IMG/VR virus record: IMGVR_UViG_3300037461_000955
Span: 1 to 52,549 of that record
DNA: 52,549 nucleotides
Origin: a virus
Lineage: Duplodnaviria; Caudoviricetes
Direction: 5' to 3' (one strand)
The notes beneath the pieces were generated by a model, which was not told where the DNA came from, did no database searches, and saw only the letters and a list, made by a program, of their open reading frames with translations. Shown here piece by piece: positions 1 through 9,600 of the stretch. The translations under genes and the position numbers were made by a program. Positions within the stretch are counted from its first letter, which is position 1; each line of letters starts with the position of its first letter.

Positions 1-1873
1 CGGCCCCAGCCTCTCACACCACCCGGCATGCCTGCTCGGCACCAAGGCGGTTTCCTATGGTTTGGCTCTTAATTCCTGCCATCTTTGGGTTAAACTCACC
101 AATTCCAGTTCTTTAAACCATGTCTGATTCATAGCCTGATGCGATTGCGGTATCGCACTGCGACGCCAGAGGCCTTTGCCGCTGGACGCGCCTATCCACG
201 CCTGATACTCTGCCACTCCGTGACGCATGTAGAACTTGGCAACCGTATAACGCCGTTTGAGCTGCTTGAGTTTCAGGACTCGCAGCCGACGGCGTATCCA
301 GCCATCCAGTTGCTTCAATCGCCAAGAGCTTCGCAGGTGGCGATAGTAGGTTATCCAGCCCGTCAGGGTCTGATTGAGGCCCGCAATAGTCTCCGCAAAC
401 CGCCCCGGTTTGTTACGCCGGGTCAGTTGACGAATCGTGTCCTCAAAACGGGAGATACTCTTCCAGGACAGTCCAAGGCTCCCGTCGTCGAAACAGGCGA
501 TAGCCAAGAAAGCTTCTTTCGCTCACATGGCCGACCGCCGATTTCTCCTTGTTTACATGGAGTTTCAGTTTCTCCTGCAGGAACCGTGTCGCACTGTCCA
601 TGACCCGTTGGCCGGCTCGCAGTGACTGTACATAGATGTTGCAGTCGTCTGCATACCGCACAAACCGATGACCCCGCTTTTCCAATTCCCGGTCAAAATC
701 CGTCAACAGGATATTGGCCAGTAACGGACTTAAGGGACCGCCCTGCGGCGTACCTTCTTTGCGAGGATGTACCACGCCATCCTGCATCAGTCCGGCATTC
801 AGAAACGCACGAATCAGTTTCAATAGCCGCTTGTCCTTAATGTAGCGAGCTACCCGGGCCATCAGTACATCATGGTTAACCCGGTCAAAGAACTTCTCCA
901 GGTCGATATCGACGACATAGACATAGCCGTCTCGGACATACTCGCAGGCTTGATGAATGGCCTGATGAGCACTTCGACCCGGTCGAAACCCATAGCTGAA
1001 AGCACTGAATTCCTGCTCCAGTATGGGCGTAAGCACCTGTAGAATCGCCTGCTGAACCATCCGGTCCACCGCCGTCGGGATACCCAACTGCCGGGTTCCC
1101 CCGCCGGGTTTGGGAATACCAACCCCCCGTACCGGAGATGGCTTGTACCGTCCGTTCATCAGCAATTCTATCAGTTGGCTTATATGCTCGCGGCACCAGC
1201 CGTACAGGTCTTCGACGGTCATCCCGTCAATCCCGCTGGCTCCCTGATTGGATACCACACGCAGATACGCCTTTCGCAGATTGTCCAGCTCCACAATCCG
1301 CTCCATCAGATGGTCGGTCAGGAGTACGTCTTCAGAATTCGCCGGGCCGCACCCACACCGTTCGTGCGGGGCAGTGTGAGTAACGCTCGTACCGCCGCCG
1401 TCGAGGGTCAGGGTCTGCTGACTTGTCTGTGTCTGGTGGACCATCGAGTTTCCCGTTGCGACTGCCTGTCCATAGAATTCGGCCCTTCGCTGTCCTCAAG
1501 GAAGGACGGCTACTATAGCCTCTGCTGACTTCTGCAAGGCTTCGCGAATCCTTAAACGTTGTAGTCTTGAATTCGCGCTGTCCGCAGCGGACGGCCTTAC
1601 AGACCTCCCGGGGTAAGATTCAACGCTTCCCGCTGGGCCTGGCCGGATTTACCTTATCGCCTACGGATGAGTATCGGGCTTCAGAATCTATTGCTCCCTG
1701 ACCCGGGCGATAGCGGCCTTGTATCCGATTCCTGTTCGTCCAGTCCAGCTTTTGCCTCCAGCTTCCTTCCCACCATACATCACTGTATCGCAGTTGCCTT
1801 CAGCTTGCAATTCCGCTCATCACGGCCTGCAGGGGACTTCAACCCCACGAGCGTTGAACCATGCCCGGCGCAC
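1..1873 (-). mobile_element. Group II intron, class IIC, ORF-containing copy (the last ~21 nt of the 3' end are seen only at 52304-52324)
   Basis: 5' end GTGCGCCGGGCATGG at 1873, directly after a stem-loop plus T5. Short IIC-type domain V AAACCGCCTTGGTGCCGAGCAGGCATGCCGGGTGGTGTGAGAGG at about 54-11. Internal RT ORF. Confidence 0.93.
55..1444 (-). pseudogene. ltrA: Group II intron reverse transcriptase/maturase, split by a +1 frameshift near 492 (ORFs 443-1444 and 55-507)
   Basis: Motifs IPKPGGGTRQLGIP, SYGFRPGRSAHQA, DLEKFFD, GTPQGGPLSPLLAN and RYADD. The maturase X domain (LNQTLTGWITYY...LDGWIRRRLR) is in a different frame. No endonuclease domain. Confidence 0.9.
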
Positions 1874-1911
1874 AAAAAGGCCTGGCACCCACAGTAGATG
1901 CCAGGCCATAA
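1874..1911 (-). terminator. Intrinsic terminator hairpin forming the intron 5' exon/target
   Basis: GGCCTGGCAT-ctactgtgg-GTGCCAGGCC followed by TTTTT; identical copy at 51981-52018. Confidence 0.85.
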
Positions 1912-1915
1912 CGGA

Positions 1916-2401
1916 TTATTCTTCGTCGACGTTGGCAAACCATTCCCACTGCTCGGCGAGAAAGCGCCATTGGTCGGAGTCCGCGAGAGCTTCGTCACGC
2001 TGGGCAAGCGTCTTTTCGTAGAGACCCTTGTACTTCGAGGCTAACTTCTTGTAGTCGGCAGCAACGGTTTCCCAGTCGGCGGAGCACTGTGTCCAGCGGT
2101 CTGCGAGACTTTCGAACTTGTCGCGTTGTTCACGGACGCGGTTATAGTACCTGTAACGATTGTAGACTGTGCTGATGAACTGAAACAGTCCGCAATAATC
2201 CAGTAGGCAATACCATATGAAACACGAGATGGCCAAAATGGCCAGGCCGAAGAACTTAATCTCGGCCTCAACCTGCCCGGTGTAGGCAAGCCAGGTCATA
2301 ACACAGCCGCCAAAGGCTGTGCCGACCGCAAGCGCTAAACCGACCAGGAAGACGACTATGGCAATAAGCCATAGCACTATGCGCTTTAGAATAGCGTTCA
2401 T
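1916..2401 (-). CDS. Early membrane protein (2-3 TM helices plus C-terminal coiled coil)
   Basis: ATG at 2401 behind RBS GAAAGGAAG; hydrophobic N-terminal half. Confidence 0.65.
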   Translation of the reverse strand: MNAILKRIVLWLIAIVVFLVGLALAVGTAFGGCVMTWLAYTGQVEAEIKFFGLAILAISCFIWYCLLDYCGLFQFISTVYNRYRYYNRVREQRDKFESLADRWTQCSADWETVAADYKKLASKYKGLYEKTLAQRDEALADSDQWRFLAEQWEWFANVDEE

Positions 2402-2885
2402 AGTCCACTTCCTTTCGTTAAGAGATACTGCAATCTTTAAGTATGTAATCTGTATACCGACTACGCAGTGTACAGCGACAGGGGTATGGTAAGGCAACAA
2501 CAATGGATAGACTGAGGGTAATGGATAGGTACCCTTCTACTCATCTGCACCAATAAAGTACAGCTCTATAGTAGTTACAAACTATATATGCACTATATCT
2601 GTGGGGAGGAATGGTAGACCTGGCGACTGTACACGGCGGGAGGGGGGGGTGGGGCTACTAATGATAAGCCTCTCCCCATAGTCAACCCATATCCCACCAA
2701 GAAAGTGGATATGTGGCATACAGTATTAACCAGTTATGCCTTAGAAGTGTCAAGTGGGTAGTGTGGCTAACCACCTGTAAAACGCACTACGATGCCCGTA
2801 GAACGATTTTCTTGGTTCGGGGGTACCCTTGGATACCCCAGAGTCTCAAAGAGGCCACGAGGTGGTACAAAAAAAACGGCGGGGA

Positions 2886-3407
2886 TTACTTAAAACACGA
2901 CGAACACGGTCTTTTACCAGACGCTTGTGCCTGTGAAAGGGTGATCTGCGTGCTGGTGGCTGTGACGTATCTGCACCCTGCTTTGTGATATGAGGTTCCT
3001 GACGCGGTGACGTATACCATTGTTTCCTGTGCAGGAGGCGGAATTGGCACGTTTGGGTCTGCCTTGGCCGGCTGGATTGTCGCTATCACCAATGCACGGT
3101 CGTTCGGGTCCACCCTTCCATCCGTATTGATGTCGCCGGTCAGGTTGATATAGTCGGTCAATTTGATGGAAACCAGTTTGTCGGGGCCATTTGGGTCTAT
3201 CCTGTATGTCTTGTTCATGTTGCGGTCTATGGCCAAAAGGGACTCCATCAGGCCTATCAGGGCAGATTCCTGCGGATAACACATCAAAGACATGGTGTAA
3301 GTGCGGGCTTCGGCTGCGATCCACAGCAAAAACACCGCAAAACACGTTAATTTCAGGTATTTTGTGATTTTTTTCACAGTATTTATCTCCTGTAACCTAA
3401 TTTCCAC
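2886..3407 (-). CDS. Exported protein with dockerin-like Ca-binding motif and C-terminal Ada-like metal-binding module
   Basis: N-terminal hydrophobic segment; GDINTDGRVDPND; VYVTASGTSYHKAGC...PCSSC. Confidence 0.65.
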   Translation of the reverse strand: MEIRLQEINTVKKITKYLKLTCFAVFLLWIAAEARTYTMSLMCYPQESALIGLMESLLAIDRNMNKTYRIDPNGPDKLVSIKLTDYINLTGDINTDGRVDPNDRALVIATIQPAKADPNVPIPPPAQETMVYVTASGTSYHKAGCRYVTATSTQITLSQAQASGKRPCSSCFK

Positions 3408-3652
3408 AGTAAAGTTCCTATTTCCGTGCTCATTCGGCCCACTTTTTCTTCCGGTATGTTGAAATCCGAGGCATGAAGAGCTTCATGCACTACTGTGATA
3501 AGGCATTCACGGGTCTTGGACAGCCCTTTTGGGAACCGTATGGCCGGTTTTCTGTCTGGGTTGGGACTTTCGCATATCGCCACGAACGGTTGGGTGTCAA
3601 TGTCATAAATAGTACCGTTAAATTTGTGGCGGAATTCCAGTTTAGTCTGCAT
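3383..3652 (-). CDS. Small HExxH metallopeptidase-like phage protein
   Basis: VVHEALHA motif; likely start MQTKLEF. Confidence 0.55.
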   Translation of the reverse strand: MQTKLEFRHKFNGTIYDIDTQPFVAICESPNPDRKPAIRFPKGLSKTRECLITVVHEALHASDFNIPEEKVGRMSTEIGTLLWKLGYRR

Positions 3653-6600
3653 AGCGCCGCCTGGGTTCAAACAGCCTCCTGCCCTGCAAGTCATCGCCTT
3701 TTTCTATCTTCCACATCATCTGCGCCGGTTTCGACCTTGGCATACCGCTATCCTGCAGGAATTTCTTGTACGTGAGTTTCGGTTCACGCTTTTCCTGCTC
3801 ATACGAGGTTCTGGTGTCAGTCCCGAAAGCTCCCAAAACAGCATCAAACGGCTCTATTTCTCCGCGTAACATGTCGATTACGTTCTGGGCGCCAATGGGT
3901 AAGGCTGACTTTGCCTCATATAACGCAAATGACGGGAACTGTTCCCTGTCAAGGAGGCCTTTTTCTCCCTTGGACTGGTAGGATGCTATCTGACCTTTGA
4001 GATTGTCGCCAAACTTGCCTCGTTCCTTGCCAAACAATTCACCTGTGGTAGTGAACGGTTTGCCGGCAAAATCATAGGCAAATGCGTAATCCATCGCCAT
4101 TCTCGGCAAGAAGGCTGATTTCGACCGCACCATGTTCCCAAGAGCCTTAGCGTCTGTAGCGGACGTCAGCCACCGCAGGCCCTCCTTGAAAGACGACAGG
4201 ATATTGAGGTACTTGCGGTTCTTGGTTTTCCCGCCGAACAGCTTGTAAATCGGCGTGATATCCCAGAATAGAATGTTCATGGAACTCAAACCGCCGTTTT
4301 TCCATGCCAGTTTCAGCCGTTCAATGAAGCCTTCATCATCGGCCATCGCCAATCCCAGGTTCCCCATAAGCCACAATAAGCCATATTTAACAGCTACAGC
4401 CGCCATCATCCGCCGAGCAGCACTGCCTTCCGGCCCTTTGGCGCCCATTTGAGTATATCTTCGTGCGTTGGCCAGTGTGAAATCGTGACCGAATATACCT
4501 AATTTCATCAAATGCTGTGCTGTCTGGCCTATATCCAAATCCACATAGTTAAGGCCACCGAACTGATTGTTCACCGTTTTGGCGACCGCCCTGAGAACTT
4601 CTTTACGGGTTGTCTGGCCCGACATTATTTTATCCGCGTTTCTTGTTAATTCTATTCGCGCTAACTGTACGGCGGCATGGGCTTTCAGTGCAGGACCTAA
4701 GTGCTCAAAGGTCAGTTTCTGTACCCCCTCACCCATGAAGGCTATAGCATTCCATATTTGCTTTAAGCCTGGTATTTTTTGTGCAATCCGTCCTGGCAAT
4801 TCAGGCGCCCTTTTGTAGGACGGGTCAAAGTCTAAAGCCAGATTGTCAACCAGCGAAGCCTCTACAATCTCCAGATATAAATCTTCTGCCCTGTCTACTT
4901 CATTTCTGGCAAACTGGTCTATCGAAGGCAGATTTCGCAGGATTTCCTTCCCCTCTTTAAGGTTTTTATGGACAAACATAGACTTGGTGTTCGGTGTCCC
5001 ATAAGCGGACATGGCAATGTATTCCTGTGCCTGGTATCCCGATGCTGTAAGAATAACTTCCTTGATTCTCTGGGTCAGCCATGTTAATGCCGGAACACCC
5101 CAAATACCTGCAATCCTGGACTTGCCGTACTCCTTATTGATGCTGTTGGCAATCTTTTCCGGTGCATAGAGCGTTATGGAAGAACCATTCTTGGTTTTAT
5201 ACTGTATAACCTGGGAATCAATCCTCTTGTATCCAGGCGGTGTGCCCTTTCCTTCTTTGGCGAAAATGCCTTGCTCAATGGCAAGATTGATGTATTTACG
5301 GTTTTCTATTGCCTCGGTCACTGACAGGGCGGTCTGGTATACCGCTTCAGAGAAATCCTCCCATTTCAGTACGCCGCCTTTTGCCATGCCTTCGAATACA
5401 CCACCCTCAAATAACCGGTGTTGTATCTGTCCTGGCCGCGTCGCCAACAGTTTTGAGGTAAACTCTTTCGCGGATTTCTTGAAATCCCACATTTCGGTGA
5501 TGTAGTACTGGCGAACATCCTTGGCCTCTATAAGGCCGGCGTCTACGGCAATCTTGCCCACCTTATCGGTAAATGCCAGGGTTTTCTCGACCACATCGTT
5601 GAGTTTACGAAGCACCTCGTTATTGGTCGGGTTCCCGTTGATTTGCTGAGCCAGTTCCGCAGCTTTTCTGTACGATGGAGACAACAGGTGCAGAAAACTT
5701 GACCACGCAGGGTATTCGCGCTGTTGTATGGCTGTATACAGTGCACGGCTGACATCCATGGTGGTATAGTCGCCAAACACCTTCTTGTCGCTATAGACAT
5801 CATAATGAGATACGCCCAGCGCATCAGTTACGGCATCCTGCAGTCTCTTGACTTCACCCCTAATAATGGCCTTCCACTTAGCCTTTTTCCCTCTCCAGTC
5901 CCTTAATTCCGACAATCCGCCGTCCGCTGATGCCGAAGGCGCCATTTTAATGCCGAACTTCTTATACAGGCCCTGCATGACAGAGGCTAATTGGTCGGCA
6001 TCTACCATGCTTGTCATGGTTGGCGCGGTAGATGGCGCGTCCACGTGGACAGCTTCCTTGGCCACATCATCTATGGTTTGTGTTTTGGCATCCTGATTTC
6101 CCTGGTCCCCCGACTTGGCCGCCATATCATCCAAGGCCTTCTGGTCCAACAAGGCGTTCAATGCCTTTGTTTTATCATTGATTGCCTTGTTTTCTGCCGG
6201 AGTCAGTACAGTTTTGCGCTTCAATGCCTCAAGTTCGCCTTGAAGCTTTTGAATCTCAGTCTGTTTTATGGCAGCCTGTTCGGCCTTGACCTGTTCTGTA
6301 GTCTTGTTTAACCGGCGTTTCAGTTCGGCGGCCATCTCTGCAGTCACCGCCGCCTTAACAGCCGCTCTGGTTCCCTGGTCATTGCCCCAGTTCTTGTCTT
6401 CTTTCTTGCCAATCCCCATTGCCTCCTTAAAGGAGGCTTGTTCTTCCCGTGATGTTTTCAGGATATCAAAAAGAGCCCTGGCTACTTCTTCCTGTTTTGC
6501 CTGGTCTACCAGGTCAATATTGTTTTCTCTTAATGCCCTTTTGTATCTGGCGACAAACTCCAGTGCCAGTTCTTCCTGCTGCCTTTTGTCTAACTTGTCT

Positions 6601-9600
6601 ATGCCTTCCATGAAAAGGACCGTAGAGCCCTTTTTAAGCTTATACGGGACAACTTCACGCATAAGTCTCATCTCTGCTTGCTGACCCAAGACCCTTTTCA
6701 GCGCCTTGAATAAAATGCCAAGTTTGGTGATTCCGTGTCGCTGTCCCCAAGCGCCATATTTACTCAGGCCCCAGTTTCCTTGTAAGGCGTTTGACATAGC
6801 CTGCTCTTTGTCTACCTTCTCGCCTTTGGCCTTTTCAACCTGCGGGTTTACTACGCCAGCCATCAAGTCTCCGCCTAAGCTGGCTATATACTGTCGCAGC
6901 TCATAGGCGAAACGCATCGGGCTTATGCGGTGGAAGAACGGCTTTCCTGTCTTTTTGCTGTGTCCGGCCACACGGGCATTGGCTTTCGGGTCTAATCCGA
7001 TCGAGATAGCAAAATTGGCCAGAGCAGCCAATCTCTCCATTAAGGGATTTCGGTAGGCTTCAGTCAAAAACACCTGCATGTCTTTGTTGGCTTTTTCGCC
7101 TTTTTCGTTTACCCAATAACCTCTGTCCACCTCTTCCATGTCCGGCTTGAGAATCCAGTACCCACCATTCTGCTTGTCCTGGATAGCCCTGACTCCTTTT
7201 GGCGGTGTCGCTACTTTTGCAAGTGTAGACTTGGCAACATGGTGTCCATTTACAACCCGCGTTGCTTGTCGCTGAATCTTCTTTTGGACATAGGCATATA
7301 CTGTTTCTCCCACTCTCAGCTTAACACCATTATTCGGGCGAACCTGAGACGGTGCAAGGTCTCTCGAATCCGCTTTTGGCGTTTCGTACTCGCTTACCTC
7401 GTCCGTGATATCGTAAATATCTGGGTCTTTCTTGTCATACCGTTCGTTTAATTCCTTATTATTCTTCCAAGCCGTGTCCCTGATGTCTCCGCCCTCGTCC
7501 TGCACAAAGTCTCGCAAGTCCGCACTGCCTATTTCATCCCACTCCATTTCCTGTAGTTCATTGGTTTGTTCGTCTATCCAGTAGGCCGTGTTGTTCCATA
7601 CTCCCAAATGGCGTATTTTGCCGGTCTCAGGGTCTGTTATTTCCTCGTAGCGTCCCTGCTGTAATGCCAAGTCCCCCGAATAGATACCAAATGTCCCCTC
7701 GGCAATCAACCGCTTGACGAGTTCCGGCATCCACAGGCCTTCTTCTACACTAGTATCGTTGGTATTATCGTCCTGTTCCGGCTTGTATTTTCCCTTTGAC
7801 GGGTCATACGGCTGTTCGATATTCCCTTCCAGGTCTTCTTCTTCGCCTATGGCGTCCTTGATAGCAGCGGCCTCGGCCTCATCCGTCAACTCCCTGGTGT
7901 TTACTTCCTCATCGGCGACTTTGTTGTCTGGTGCTATAACCTCGATTTCAGGCACAACTGGCTGGACCGGGACATCTTTATTGTCTTCTCGGCTTTCGTC
8001 GGTCTGCATTTCCTGTTCCGCAAGAATGCCTTTGACAGAATCAATGATGGTCCGGCGGTTGGTTGTCCCCATTGCCCCAGTGGTCGCCCTGTTGGGCTTG
8101 CCTTGTTTGGTTTGAGGCGTGGCGATATTCAAGATGTCGGCAATCTTGAGCAGTGTCGCAGTCGGCAATCTATTCAAATCAATGCCATCAATGGTCGGCA
8201 TTGTCTTGTCCTGGTTCATTCCCAATCTTGGCAACAGTTCTAAGCGAGCCTGGTTTAACTTGCCTCCATGTGCCCTTACAGCCGCCGTGATTGCCACAAT
8301 CATTGCTGCTTTATTTGTGGTATCTACATTATGCAACCCGCCTTCTCTGCACGCCTGTCGCAGTGCGCTTTCCGACATATCCACCAGTAGTTTGGCCAAA
8401 TCCCACTCAGACATCTGGAACTTTGCCCGTTCTTTGGGCTTCAGGTTTATTTTGTAGCCCGGGACTCTTTCTTCCTTTGGCGCGAATAATGCTGGAGCCG
8501 GTTTTGCGGGACCGGATACAACCGGTTCAGCCTGTTTTTCTTTTTCCGGCTTAACAAAGAAGCTTTTGGGTGCAGGTAGCGGGTCTGTGGCAGGCACTCT
8601 ACTGGTGGTTACGGCCTGTGCCTGTTTTTCCGATTCCGGTAATGCACTGAATAATTGAGCTTTCTGCTGCATTATCTGTTGCTTTTCCTGAAACGCGGCA
8701 ATGGTCGCTACACCCTTTTCAATTGCCTGTGTTCGGTCCTGATCCATCAACAGCAGGTTTTCATCCAGGGTTTGTTCCACAACCTTTTTGGCGTCAATCT
8801 TGCCCTGTATGTAAGCGTTCCAGGTCTCTTCGCTGACCCAGTCTGGCCCCTTCGTCACAGTCTGTGGCGGCATCGGGCCTACCGTGTCTTTGTCCTCAAA
8901 CAGACCGCCTTCTGCGATCTTTTCGGGCATCCAGGGCTTCAGTTCGCTTGGGAGACTGGTGTCTTCTATTTCAGTTCCGTCTGCTGTCCTGCGTTTCGCC
9001 ACTGCAGGCTCTGTTCCAGGCGTCGGTGTTACCGGCGTGGTTTGCGGGGTTTGCACTTCTTTTGCATTTTGTTCTCCTTGGTAAACAGGTGTATCAGGTG
9101 CTTGTTCTATTTTTACATCATATTTGCCAGCATAGATGTCATTTTCTACCTGCGCAAATAGCGCTTCAATCTTGGCAAGGTCTTCTTTGGTATGTTTCGG
9201 GTTTGTTTTTGCTACTGCCAGCGCGGCTTCTTTCCCCTTTCGCAGCTTCTCCAGCGCCTCTGCCCTGGTAGAGCGACGCGGAGAAGATGTGTCGGCGCCA
9301 ACATTGGCGTTTGTTGTCCCTGCAGGTCCTGGAGGAGGTGCAGGCGTGTTTGGGGCAAACAAATGACCCGCCATAGCGCCACCCGCGCCCTGCGTGCTTT
9401 CCCCGATAGCCCCCATTGCAAATTCTCGCGGTACATCGCTCAACAAGTCTTTCGGGTCATCAAATAATATGCTGTCCCATAAGTTCTCGTTGATCTTTGC
9501 AACGGCTTCTTCTGAGCCACCGATTAAATAACCTTCACCTGCGCCTTTCAGTCCTGACTTGAATAAGCCCCAGGCTGTCTTTCCACCTGCCTTTGCGGCG

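Noticed and set aside
55-1444. RT as part of a diversity-generating retroelement or retron
   Set aside because: It has YADD, a maturase X domain and flanking group II intron RNA ends; no TR/VR pair differing at adenines was seen.
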